Program-made: the position numbers and the translations under genes
Assembly: GCA_048882045.1 (NCBI GenBank)
Contig: JBHLRZ010000002.1
Location: 137,986-201,985, forward strand
Source: Candidatus Thorarchaeota archaeon
GTDB taxonomy: Archaea; Asgardarchaeota; Thorarchaeia; Thorarchaeales; Thorarchaeaceae
Direction: 5' to 3'
DNA: 64,000 nucleotides
Notes under the pieces: model-generated
Databases searched by the model: none
What the model saw: the letters and a program-made list of their open reading frames with translations, nothing else
What the model was told of the DNA's origin: nothing
Shown: positions 18,791 to 28,173 of the stretch, piece after piece
Layout of the letters: every line of letters starts with the position of its first letter
How positions within the stretch are numbered: position 1 is the first letter of the stretch

Positions 18791-20171
18791 TTATAGCAAC
18801 TCCTTTACACAATGCAAAAGCTGCAGATGCTGAAGGCAGCTCTACAGATTCACCATGGAATGGACCATATTCTTCATCACCAATTCTGTAACGAGGGACG
18901 CCTGGGTCATCGTAGAGAAATTTGACCCTCATATGTCCTTCATTGAATGCGACTGCATCACGAAATGGGTCGAAATCATCCAATTGTTCACGAGTCAATT
19001 TTGTAACTGTAAATCCGGTCTTGCCATTAAGACTACCTATCAATCGTATAACTCTATGAATATCATGTGTCACAGGCCGGTCAATCTCCCCACCATAATA
19101 TTCAGCCGCTCGTTCAGCAATTTCTTGCCATGATTTCAATCCAATAGACTTAGCCTCCTTACTCAGGATTGGAGGTCTTCTGAGAAGACCTTCAAGAGCT
19201 GCAACCTTCCCAGCTTTGAGTGATTTTACCCACCGTTCTGTTCCAGAGTATGAGTCAATGTCACGAATGAACTTGACTATTGCGTCAGCCATCTTCCCAG
19301 ACCAACCAGGAAAGTTACGATCAGGAACTCTGTTCACACTTCCTTGCGAAACAATGACTTTTTCCGAGTTCAGTCCGAGACCCATGATGTAGTGCACGAT
19401 TTGGATTCTGCTGTTGGAATCAAGTGCATACACAGCTGGATCATGGACCCTTATATGATACCCTCTATGTCCACTATAGTTGAGTTTGATGGTGCTTGGA
19501 TCAAAACCAAAGTCATTGATGAGGAATTCATCATAGAGCTTAACTGTGTGTTTCTTTGCTTCTTTCAGACAGTTTTCGCATACCCATTTTCTTGTACTGA
19601 AGCTCTTCCCCTCACAGTCAGGGCATTGATCTGGAGGAGGTCCCGAACCGGTCTTGTGGCAGCTATTGGTATTGCATCTCCAAGTGTCATGGTCTGCTGC
19701 GCAGGAGAGGTCAAGATGATCGGCATCAATGTCAAAGACAAGTTCAGCCCCTGTCCATTCCTTTTCTTCCATAAAGCGGGCAACAGGAATGTTATAGAAA
19801 GCAGCTGAATGGTAGATACTATGAGGTGCTACAGCGACCAAATCCTTCAATAGCTCTTCTCGGTTCAAATACCCTACATGACGTTTCCACATGGTAGTCT
19901 GAATCTCAGTAGAGCCGCAATTTGGACATGTCGTAACTGGATCAAAGGATTTTCCGGATTGCCCACAACCATAGAATACATCTTTTCCTGATTCATCACG
20001 ACTTCGTCTCTTTGGACAGAACCAGTTGTGTTCCCAACTCTGAATTCCGAACTCCTTGGTATGAATCTTTTCAGGTGTGTCAATAGAATCAGGATTGGAT
20101 TTGTAGTATTCATGAAACATGAATCTTAGTTTCAGGACTGTACTTGTGAAACTCTGATTCTGTTTCGACAT
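18783..20171 (-). CDS. priS: DNA primase small subunit
   Basis: YY, KEFG, RH, GAELVFDIDADH, YSGHRGYH, ID..VT.DIHR.IR..GSLNGKTG; two Cys-rich inserts. Confidence 0.95.
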   Translation of the reverse strand: MSKQNQSFTSTVLKLRFMFHEYYKSNPDSIDTPEKIHTKEFGIQSWEHNWFCPKRRSRDESGKDVFYGCGQSGKSFDPVTTCPNCGSTEIQTTMWKRHVGYLNREELLKDLVAVAPHSIYHSAAFYNIPVARFMEEKEWTGAELVFDIDADHLDLSCAADHDTWRCNTNSCHKTGSGPPPDQCPDCEGKSFSTRKWVCENCLKEAKKHTVKLYDEFLINDFGFDPSTIKLNYSGHRGYHIRVHDPAVYALDSNSRIQIVHYIMGLGLNSEKVIVSQGSVNRVPDRNFPGWSGKMADAIVKFIRDIDSYSGTERWVKSLKAGKVAALEGLLRRPPILSKEAKSIGLKSWQEIAERAAEYYGGEIDRPVTHDIHRVIRLIGSLNGKTGFTVTKLTREQLDDFDPFRDAVAFNEGHMRVKFLYDDPGVPRYRIGDEEYGPFHGESVELPSASAAFALCKGVAIIE

Positions 20172-20176
20172 GATTC

Positions 20177-20938
20177 CTACCCACGATCTGCCCTACGTTC
20201 TACCCGTGGTGCCAGAACGAAGCTAATACTACCAGCTTCTGCGATTGAATACTCTAAAAGCATTGGTTTGTTTGATGTGAATTGAAGCATCAGACTGTCA
20301 CTAGCAATTGCTTTGGAGATCTCTGAAAGATAATTCAATGCATACATTGCGACTGATTTACCGGACACTTCCAATTGAAACAGCGCTGGTGCATCCCCCT
20401 TTGTTGTAAGAGCCACATTGGCCTCTCCAGTATCACCTTCTCCTGCAAATGCAAGTTTGTCACCCTCCGCGGTTATTTTCACGTGGCTTGACACAACTGC
20501 AATGTCTTTGATTGCTTGTTTGAAAGTATCAGACAACATCTCAGCCTTAACATCGAAATCGATTCCTGGTTTCTTCGTCTGGTCTTCCGGTGGCTTTAGA
20601 AGCTGAAGCTTGAACACTCTGTCTGCTTGACCAATCATCTTGATCTCGAAGCGATTATCATCAAGATTGAATTCAAGATGTTCATCACCTGCCATACGCT
20701 TACTGATTTTGGTCAATTCATCTATTCCGAGGCAGATATCATGCTCGCCCTTGCATTTGTACTCTTGGAATATGTCTTTAGGAAGGGCCAAGTCGACCAT
20801 TGCTGCTTTGGATGAGTCAAGTTGACGAAGTGTTATCCCTGACTCTGAAACACGAAAGTGTGCTTCAGTGAGAAGCGTTGCCAACGAGTCTATAATCTGC
20901 TTCCAAGTCTTCGTACTATCAAGTGTCGCGTGAAACAT
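20177..20938 (-). CDS. pcn: PCNA sliding clamp
   Basis: LDSSKAAMVDL, Y.L.YL, P..LEY......F.LAPR. Confidence 0.96.
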   Translation of the reverse strand: MFHATLDSTKTWKQIIDSLATLLTEAHFRVSESGITLRQLDSSKAAMVDLALPKDIFQEYKCKGEHDICLGIDELTKISKRMAGDEHLEFNLDDNRFEIKMIGQADRVFKLQLLKPPEDQTKKPGIDFDVKAEMLSDTFKQAIKDIAVVSSHVKITAEGDKLAFAGEGDTGEANVALTTKGDAPALFQLEVSGKSVAMYALNYLSEISKAIASDSLMLQFTSNKPMLLEYSIAEAGSISFVLAPRVERRADRG

Positions 20939-21054
20939 TCCATTATCTCCAGCTTTGAACTAGATTCTCTGAATGAGTTCAGGATTTAAAATGTACCTCT
21001 CGGCAAACCCAAGTTGATTATTACTATCATATCGAGTTGGAGGTATATGAAGAC

Positions 21055-21426
21055 CTAGCCGCTCATTGTTCGGGCGACCTTCTCTTCCATTTCTAGTGTT
21101 TCCTTGTAAAGTTCAACATCTAACTCATCGATATTATGAGCAATTGTAACATTGAGTCTGAGCTCCATACCATCTTCTACTTTCTTCTCTGTCACTTCTC
21201 CAATTATCATGTACTTGTGTTTGATCTCAAGAGGGCCTTCAAAACTCACTGGTATCTTCTCTGCTTTCTTTACATCGTCAAAGATATCCTGTATTACAGC
21301 AAACCCTGGACCAGAATCAACAACGATACCCATCACTCTTACTGGATGATCAGTTTCTATGGATAGGTCTCTGATCCTCATGAGTTTCGATGGTTTACGT
21401 TGGAACTTCCCTTTCTCTTCCGTCAA
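21055..21426 (-). CDS. Small OB-fold protein, RPA3/RPA14-like
   Basis: R.P....I.D......VRV.G.VVD, single OB fold, C-terminal helix LDVELY. Confidence 0.7.
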   Translation of the reverse strand: MTEEKGKFQRKPSKLMRIRDLSIETDHPVRVMGIVVDSGPGFAVIQDIFDDVKKAEKIPVSFEGPLEIKHKYMIIGEVTEKKVEDGMELRLNVTIAHNIDELDVELYKETLEMEEKVARTMSG

Positions 21427-21509
21427 GAGTGTTGCACCTCGCAGGTCACATTGGGGTCTAAAATTCGAGGGCTATAAATCTGTGGTCGTGTAGGGTGTAG
21501 AACACTTGG

Positions 21510-21839
21510 TCATCCGCCGTAGTTTCGCCATGTATGCTTACATTTTGTGCATCGGTAGAACTCTGTAGCCCCTTCATCTCCACGTCTTGTCTGAACAGTC
21601 CAGTAATATGCATCAGTATTGTCACACTTCGGGCAGGTTGCTTTTGTGACCGGCATTGGAATCGAGTCATCCTCGACGACGACAATCTTGTCTCTTGGTG
21701 TCTTCTCGATGTTCTGAGAAACTGTCAGTCTTCCTTTGATCTCCTTTGTATGGTCACAACTTCTACATTTCAGGACTCTTGAACCATCCTCCTCGGTCAT
21801 TGGGACCATCATTGCACCGCACTTTTCACAGAATTCCAT
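21510..21839 (-). CDS. tfs: Transcription factor S (RpoM/TFIIS)
   Basis: FCEKCG..C..C and CPKC...QTRRGDEG.T.FYRC..C...WR. Confidence 0.96.
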   Translation of the reverse strand: MEFCEKCGAMMVPMTEEDGSRVLKCRSCDHTKEIKGRLTVSQNIEKTPRDKIVVVEDDSIPMPVTKATCPKCDNTDAYYWTVQTRRGDEGATEFYRCTKCKHTWRNYGG

Positions 21840-21901
21840 AGGAAATCAACTTCTTCGTCGGTTCATGGTGTTTTCAATTAAGCGTTATGACGATAGTCAA
21901 T

Positions 21902-22348
21902 CTAAGGTAACGAACTAGCGTATTCTTCAAGTAGTTTCTGAAATGAGATTGCTGCAACTTCTCCCTCCCTCTTTCTGCTTGTCTTGGAATTGATATCAAG
22001 TGTCTTTGTGAGTGATTCAACAGCTTTGATGATAGTGAGTCTACCAGAAAACCAAAGGTATGCCATGATTGCCTCGTATGAATCTGCTGCTCTACCTGCG
22101 TCCGTCCGTCGAGAGAAATGATTGTTGATTTCTGTGGCACGAATTGCTCTAGCAAGCACACTGTCTCGCACTTTCTCACCAGTTGTGTGTCCAAGAACTA
22201 CTGACTTCGCAAGAGAATAGATGAAGTTGACCAAATTGTCTCCGACCTTCGCAAGACCCTTGTCGTTCATGATTGCTTCTATAGATTTATGATGAACGAA
22301 GGATTCCCACATCAGAAAGGACCCTCCAAGGTTCAATTTGGATATCAA
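21902..22348 (-). CDS. Archaeal ribonuclease III-family protein
   Basis: DKGLAKVGDNLVNFIYSLAKS, KV.D..LA.A, AD.YEA; start may be ATG 22312. Confidence 0.8.
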   Translation of the reverse strand: MISKLNLGGSFLMWESFVHHKSIEAIMNDKGLAKVGDNLVNFIYSLAKSVVLGHTTGEKVRDSVLARAIRATEINNHFSRRTDAGRAADSYEAIMAYLWFSGRLTIIKAVESLTKTLDINSKTSRKREGEVAAISFQKLLEEYASSLP

Positions 22349-22635
22349 TCGACGCTATGGTCAGCTGCAGCTTGTTTGAACTTCTTACGAAACTCTTCGG
22401 TTCGAGCAAGCATCTTCTCGAGTGATTCCCTAAGGACCACATTAGCCTGACGTCTTTTCGTTCTCAGAGTCAATATTGGACTTGCAAGTAGAGGATGTTC
22501 AATGTTATATCCTGCGAACTCTACAGATGCTTCCTCTAAGAGTGTCTTTCGGAGTAGATTCGGGAAAGAATGACCCTCTCCACCAATCTCAAATTTCAAT
22601 TCAAATTTGGTATGTTCAATTGTTCTTGGCTTCAC
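22345..22635 (-). CDS. rpoL: RNA polymerase subunit L (Rpo11)
   Basis: GEGHSF.NLLR..L.....V.FAGY..EHPL. Confidence 0.95.
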   Translation of the reverse strand: MKPRTIEHTKFELKFEIGGEGHSFPNLLRKTLLEEASVEFAGYNIEHPLLASPILTLRTKRRQANVVLRESLEKMLARTEEFRKKFKQAAADHSVD

Positions 22636-22637
22636 GT

Positions 22638-23405
22638 CTAACGTCTCCTATTATCTCTGTGGCGATCCTCGCCTCTTCTATCATCACGCCTACTTCCGCC
22701 TCTTCCTCGCTGGCTATCATAACGTCGTCCATCTCGACCTCTACGGTCATCACGGTCGAAGCGTCTCCCCTCATATGCCCTTCTACGAGGAGCCAGGTCC
22801 GGTCTTGCTTCAAGGCCAAAGCTTATTCCATAGTCCTTTACCACTTCTCGGGTTTCTCTATTCTCGCATTTGAGGCAGAACATGTTGTTATGGGTGGTGA
22901 GTGTCAATTCATTTCCGCATTTAGAGCAGAATGCCAGATATACACCAAGATCTTGACCGACGAGAGACAACTTTACTGGCATTTCATGGGTGGTAAGAGC
23001 TACTGCACGAACGATGTCATTTTGCTTGAGGACATCTAGCATGCTTTTGACATATCTCCGAGTAACATTGCTGATGTGTAGTTCACCTACTAGCCCACTG
23101 TGAATGTCCTTATCATTTCTCTTCACGATTAGTACCTCGGCACGTTGTTCAAAAGCATGAGTGACCCTACCTAGGAGTATGTCGCCCTCTACAGGAAGGG
23201 CCAGTTTCATCTTGCCATCAACATTGACGACACTGATACTGCGATTCTTCAAATCCATGGCAACCCTTCCTGGAGCGGCAGCATAGACAATGCCTTCCTT
23301 CTCGTAAGTGCCATAACTGGGCATCAATTCTTCGATGACACATAATTGGTCACCTGGTACTACAACATCACCGCTCTTTACGTCAGCCATTCTAATCACA
23401 CTCAT
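22638..23405 (-). CDS. csl4: Exosome cap subunit Csl4 with R/D/G-rich tail
   Basis: VVPGD, S1 domain (LHISNV, DIVRA), LGV..A.CSKCG...C.KC...E.R Zn ribbon. Confidence 0.93.
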   Translation of the reverse strand: MSVIRMADVKSGDVVVPGDQLCVIEELMPSYGTYEKEGIVYAAAPGRVAMDLKNRSISVVNVDGKMKLALPVEGDILLGRVTHAFEQRAEVLIVKRNDKDIHSGLVGELHISNVTRRYVKSMLDVLKQNDIVRAVALTTHEMPVKLSLVGQDLGVYLAFCSKCGNELTLTTHNNMFCLKCENRETREVVKDYGISFGLEARPDLAPRRRAYEGRRFDRDDRRGRDGRRYDSQRGRGGSRRDDRRGEDRHRDNRRR

Positions 23406-24036
23406 TGGTGCATATACGATACAGATCTACATCCACCATATGTTTTGGTTTCTTATGATACTCGAACAGTCGACCAATTGGAAACTGAAACTTTTCAAGC
23501 TGCGCAATTCTTCCACCCAGCTTCTCAATCTCGTTCTTCAGGAAGGTCCTATTCTTGTCACCTGCGAGATGCATGCTGTATATCACATCAGCAATTGAGA
23601 TTGCCTTTTTCAGGAATCTCAGGTCAGCACCTCTCTTTTTCACTCCGAATGGAGGATTACTCACAACGGTATCAACTGGACATTGGAGCTGTAGGGAGGA
23701 AACATCCCCCAAGATCCAGTCCACAGTGTCTTCTGTTCCGAGTGAGCGTGAGTTCATTTGTGAAGCCTTTAAGGCTTTGCTTTGCACATCAATTCCAATG
23801 GCGCGGTTTGCTCCAAGTAGAGCAGCGCCAATTGCGAAGATTCCGTTTCCACAACCGAGGTCGCACACTGTCTTGTCTTTGATGTCGTTATGCTCCATCT
23901 GTGCTGCATATAGGACCGCTGCAGCAATGGGCGCAGGAGTCGGATATTGTTCCAATGACACGTCATATCCATCCAGACGTTTCATTGACTCCAATGCCAT
24001 CTCCAAATCCCTAAGTCGCATTCGAAGCACCATCAA
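23392..24036 (-). CDS. METTL5-family rRNA adenine N6 methyltransferase
   Basis: LEQYPTP, DLGCGNG, NPPFG, YS.H motifs. Confidence 0.9.
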   Translation of the reverse strand: MMVLRMRLRDLEMALESMKRLDGYDVSLEQYPTPAPIAAAVLYAAQMEHNDIKDKTVCDLGCGNGIFAIGAALLGANRAIGIDVQSKALKASQMNSRSLGTEDTVDWILGDVSSLQLQCPVDTVVSNPPFGVKKRGADLRFLKKAISIADVIYSMHLAGDKNRTFLKNEIEKLGGRIAQLEKFQFPIGRLFEYHKKPKHMVDVDLYRICTNECD

Positions 24037-24153
24037 TAGACTGAGTCCATCATATTATCCGATTATAGATGAATCATGTTATCTGTACACAGTTCTCGAT
24101 CTTCCAATGGTGTTGGTAATACCTGCACTTATCACTTCCATACGCTCCATAGG

Positions 24154-24244
24154 CTCCAGTCGAAATCCATCGGAACTGGCCTCAAATTCTTATGGAAGTA
24201 TTTATGTTTGGGAAGTTACTGTACGTACTAGTTTCATACTGGAG
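24154..24244. promoter_or_regulatory. Inverted ORB-like boxes upstream of cdc6 (candidate replication origin or autoregulatory site)
   Basis: CTCCAGTCGAAAT (24154-24166, +) and CTCCAGTATGAAAC (24231-24244, -) flank an AT-rich stretch. Confidence 0.45.
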
Positions 24245-24255
24245 TAGATGAAGAG

Positions 24256-25506
24256 ATGGAGAAGCCACTCGATAAGCTGTTTGACAAGTTTTTACAGGGG
24301 CAGGCTATTTTCAGAGATAGGACTGCTCTAAGGCCCACATACGTTCCAGAAAGCCTTCCGTACAGGGATGATCAGATGAATAGAATAGGATCGATTCTAG
24401 GACCTGCACTTCGAGGTGCTCCTCCCTCCAATATCCTCTGTTATGGAAAGACTGGGACTGGAAAGACTGTTGTCGCACGCTATGTGTTAGACATGCTTGT
24501 AAGTAAGGCTGAAGAGAGCGGAGTGAACCCGCCCTTGACTGCTTTTGTCAATTGCAGAATAGTCGGGACTAATTACAGAGTTCTAAAGCGACTGTGTGAC
24601 CAGATTGAAGCGACAATGGCTGATGGATCTGAGGTTCCATTCACCGGTCTTCCCACTGATGAGATTCGAGAGGTCTTGAAGAACAAACTGGATTCAGATG
24701 CGAACATATTGACCGTGGTCTTGGATGAGGTTGACAGCCTATTGAAACGCGATCCTGGTCAGGGAAATGACATTCTCTATGGTTTGACCCGAATGAACGG
24801 TGAACTGGACAACAGCAGGATTTCTATCATCGGAATCAGCAATGACCTCAAGTTCAAGGAGATGCTTGATCCGAGAGTTCTTTCTACACTTGGAGAAGAA
24901 GAGGTAATCTTCTCGCCATACAACGCTGTAGAACTCAAGGGAATCCTGAAGCAGAGGGTCGCGCTTGCTTTCAATCCCAATGCAATCAGTGATGAAGGAG
25001 TAATCAATCTCGTAGGAGCGTTGGCAGCACAGGAGCATGGTGACGCAAGAAGAGCACTTGATCTCCTCAGAACCGCTGGTGAGCTGGCTGAGAGGAAAGG
25101 CGAGGAGAAGGTCACGCAAGAACATGTCAGAGAGGCTCAGAAGGTGATTGAACGTGACACAATCACTGAAACCGTGAAGACTCTGCCTATGCAGTCAAAG
25201 GCTGTTTTGTTTGCAGTCTATATTCTAGTAACTCGAGGTCAGAAGGACATATTCACTGGAGAATGCTACAACGTCTACTCGGAAATTGCAAAATCCCTAT
25301 CATTGGATACACTAACACAAAGACGAGTATCTGATTTGATATCTGAGCTTGACATGCTCGGTTTGATCAACACTTCTGTGATTTCCAAAGGAAGATACGG
25401 TCGAACTAAGAAAATCAAACTGGCTGTCAGCAAGAAACAGATTGGTGTGATACTAGACGATGACATCCGACTCAGTAGCGTGGCAAAAGACATCGAGTCA
25501 ATCTGA
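24256..25506 (+). CDS. cdc6: Orc1/Cdc6 replication initiator
   Basis: YVPESLPYR, GKTGTGKT Walker A, VLDEVD Walker B, GDARRALDLLR, winged helix with GRYGRT. Confidence 0.97.
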   Translation: MEKPLDKLFDKFLQGQAIFRDRTALRPTYVPESLPYRDDQMNRIGSILGPALRGAPPSNILCYGKTGTGKTVVARYVLDMLVSKAEESGVNPPLTAFVNCRIVGTNYRVLKRLCDQIEATMADGSEVPFTGLPTDEIREVLKNKLDSDANILTVVLDEVDSLLKRDPGQGNDILYGLTRMNGELDNSRISIIGISNDLKFKEMLDPRVLSTLGEEEVIFSPYNAVELKGILKQRVALAFNPNAISDEGVINLVGALAAQEHGDARRALDLLRTAGELAERKGEEKVTQEHVREAQKVIERDTITETVKTLPMQSKAVLFAVYILVTRGQKDIFTGECYNVYSEIAKSLSLDTLTQRRVSDLISELDMLGLINTSVISKGRYGRTKKIKLAVSKKQIGVILDDDIRLSSVAKDIESI

Positions 25507-27045
25507 TATGCCATGGTAAAAGAACCTGATATCAGGCTGTCCAGTCCTGAGATTTAGTACTGTAACGATTCCTGGAGTTGGTACTACACCCTGCTTTCTC
25601 ATGAAGTCTGTCTGTGATTGGAACGTTCCAGAATTGATTATCTGGACGCCTCGGTAGTTGTCAACAGCATTATGATGGGCATGACCAAAATGAACAACGT
25701 CCGGAGGTGTGTCGATGACCATCCAGTCCCGGGGGAGTGGTGCTAGTTCAGTCTTGCCTCCATAGAGCGGAACCAAATGTCGTTTCTTGAGCAGTTCCTT
25801 CATTGGTGCTGCTGGTTCTACATAGGAAGCTCCTGGTACATTCGTAACCAAGTCGTCCATACTGTCACCATGGGTTATCAGAACATTGACGCCTTCTACT
25901 ACAATCTGACTCGGATCTCCAAGCATTGTGATACGATCTCCAAGTCTGTAGAGCGGACCCGCGAATTCTTCAGAAATGGGTGGTTTTGGCAATGCTTGTC
26001 TTACTGCATCATGGTTTCCCGGAATGCAGAATATCTTGACATGCTTTGGCAGTTTACGAATCTTACTGGCGAAGAGGGCATATTGATCATGTATGCTGGT
26101 CACTCTCAAATCAAGCCTTTGTGAAGGATATACACTGATTCCATCCACCATGTCTCCTGCAATGAAGAGGTAGTGTATTTTACTCACCATGCTTTTGTCG
26201 GCTTCTTCAACACCACGACCGTTCATCCAGTCAACGAAAGAGTCAAACTCGTCTTCCAAGAATTCCTTACTTCCACAGTGGATGTCAGAAATGAAGGCAG
26301 CGTAGACATCTCGTTTAGCCCTTCCTGCTGGGCGGGCTGTTGGGATATCTGGGAAAATCACATCGTCTGCAATCATTCGGGCTTCTTCATCCACATATCC
26401 AGATATACACACGACCTCATCAAGCAGGAGTGAGTTTGCCTTCTCAGCTAGCTGCTGACCCTTGAACCCTTCCCGAGTTGCAGGAATTACACAGATTATC
26501 GTAGAATAGAGTTCCTCCATCTGATTTTCTCTATTGACTTTCTCTATATGCTCTAGCTCAACAACTACATTACTTGATCGAGAGAGGTTCCTCTCTTTTA
26601 CAACACCCAGCACAATTTGGGATGGTCTGGCTGGTGTACGCATACCCTCTAAGCTCATTGCTTTTCTTGTTTTAGCTGATTCCTTCCTAAGCTTCGCAGT
26701 GTATGGAGAAACAGCATTTTGGGTATCGATTCGGTTCATATAGATACGACTGATTCGCGAGAACCGATCACGAAACAGTTTCAGAAAATCTTCAACAGTA
26801 CCTTCAGAACCAACTAAATTCTGCTCAGGATTCTTCTCTATTCGATAATCCCAGAGAGGTCCTTCAAGGAATGATTCAATATACGATCTTGACAGAACCT
26901 GAGGATGCTCATTGACTTTCAGAATCTCTGTGACCGTATCCATTGGTGACTCCTGATTCAGCACGTATTCTAATGCTTCTGGCGTTATTTGGAGCCCTGA
27001 CTCTATTAGAAACTTCAACACATTACGTCGAATACTAGAGGTCAA
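25498..27045 (-). CDS. polD1: DNA polymerase D small (proofreading) subunit DP1
   Basis: FRDRF, ISDIH.GS, AGD.VDG..VYP.Q, PGNHD, HG, RHL.P.YG, GHAH, NSGTFQ.QT; probable TTG start 27045 after GGTGA. Confidence 0.95.
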   Translation of the reverse strand: MTSSIRRNVLKFLIESGLQITPEALEYVLNQESPMDTVTEILKVNEHPQVLSRSYIESFLEGPLWDYRIEKNPEQNLVGSEGTVEDFLKLFRDRFSRISRIYMNRIDTQNAVSPYTAKLRKESAKTRKAMSLEGMRTPARPSQIVLGVVKERNLSRSSNVVVELEHIEKVNRENQMEELYSTIICVIPATREGFKGQQLAEKANSLLLDEVVCISGYVDEEARMIADDVIFPDIPTARPAGRAKRDVYAAFISDIHCGSKEFLEDEFDSFVDWMNGRGVEEADKSMVSKIHYLFIAGDMVDGISVYPSQRLDLRVTSIHDQYALFASKIRKLPKHVKIFCIPGNHDAVRQALPKPPISEEFAGPLYRLGDRITMLGDPSQIVVEGVNVLITHGDSMDDLVTNVPGASYVEPAAPMKELLKKRHLVPLYGGKTELAPLPRDWMVIDTPPDVVHFGHAHHNAVDNYRGVQIINSGTFQSQTDFMRKQGVVPTPGIVTVLNLRTGQPDIRFFYHGISD

Positions 27046-27182
27046 CGAGTCACCGAATGAAGAGATACCCACTTCCCGTTTTAAACGTCTTCCATCTCAA
27101 CCAGTAGAAAACTCCATGTGCGGGAAATGTAATAAGCCCCTGTCTGGACCGAATGTTCGACTTTCTTCTCCAGGTGAGAGTA

Positions 27183-28163
27183 ATGGTAATCACAAGAACT
27201 CTGCAACAAACTGGTGGCAAAACTGGTAGCTCATTTCTAATCATCCTCCCAAAGGACTGGGTGACCAAACAGAATCTGAGCAAGGGGGACGCTGTTTTCA
27301 TTGCAGAACGAGAGGATGGCTGTTTGATAATCGATCCTCGTTTTGCAAAGACTGGAGAACCAAGAATAACAACAGCTAAGATTCAGACGAATCTGCGTTG
27401 GGAGATAACAAGCAGATACTTACTTGGTTTTGACGAGATTCGTATCGTGAGCAAGGACCCAATCAGCAACGAACAACGTGATGAACTAAAACGAATTATC
27501 AAACGTTTTGTCGCGCTTGAAATAACTGAAGATGACGACCACCAGATTGTGCTTCGGTGTCTTGTTGACCCATCGACATTGCCTGTGAATACAGCAATGC
27601 GAAGGATGCATCAGATCACATCAAGAATGATTAATGACTCACTGAACGCATATTTCATTGGAGATAGAGAGGCTGCAGATGAAGTTGTTAGGCGTGATGA
27701 AGAAGTTGACCGACTGTTCTTTCTCATTGTCAGGGAACTCAGGTCGGCAATCCAATACCCTCGAATGAGTGAGGCAATGAAACTCACTCCTGTAAAAGCA
27801 CTGGACTTTCGTTTGGCCGTGCAGTACATCGAGCGAATCGCTGACTTGGCTGTGGATATAGCACAACGAGTCGATGAATCGATTGATGCATCTCTGGTGA
27901 AAAAGATCGAACCTATCGTGAAGGATGTGCTCGATATGCTCTCTGATGCTGTCAAGAACCTGTTTAAATTCGATTCAAAGAAGGTGACTTCAGTAATCAA
28001 TGCTGAGAATCGATTGATTTCAAAGACCGCAAAGCTTAGGCAACACATTGTAGCTACACCAAATGGTCAGCCGCAAACACAGGTCTTAGTAGTAGACAGT
28101 CTACTAAGAATGGGAGAAGCAGCGAAAGACATTGTGGACCTTGCCCTGCCGCTACATGAATAG
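27183..28163 (+). CDS. phoU: Phosphate uptake regulator, AbrB-PhoU fusion
   Basis: R.LQQTG..S..I.LPK.W AbrB N-terminus; DEEVDRLFFL and ERIAD PhoU repeats. Confidence 0.88.
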   Translation: MVITRTLQQTGGKTGSSFLIILPKDWVTKQNLSKGDAVFIAEREDGCLIIDPRFAKTGEPRITTAKIQTNLRWEITSRYLLGFDEIRIVSKDPISNEQRDELKRIIKRFVALEITEDDDHQIVLRCLVDPSTLPVNTAMRRMHQITSRMINDSLNAYFIGDREAADEVVRRDEEVDRLFFLIVRELRSAIQYPRMSEAMKLTPVKALDFRLAVQYIERIADLAVDIAQRVDESIDASLVKKIEPIVKDVLDMLSDAVKNLFKFDSKKVTSVINAENRLISKTAKLRQHIVATPNGQPQTQVLVVDSLLRMGEAAKDIVDLALPLHE

Positions 28164-28173
28164 AGGAATTATA

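Noticed and set aside
20991-21048. Long imperfect inverted repeat upstream of pcn
   Set aside because: Pairing depends on G.U pairs on the non-coding strand; on the mRNA strand these become mismatches.
23346-24247. Long + strand ORFs (178 and 230 aa)
   Set aside because: Antisense shadows of the METTL5-like gene with no recognisable motifs; the same applies to most other overlapping short ORFs in the track.
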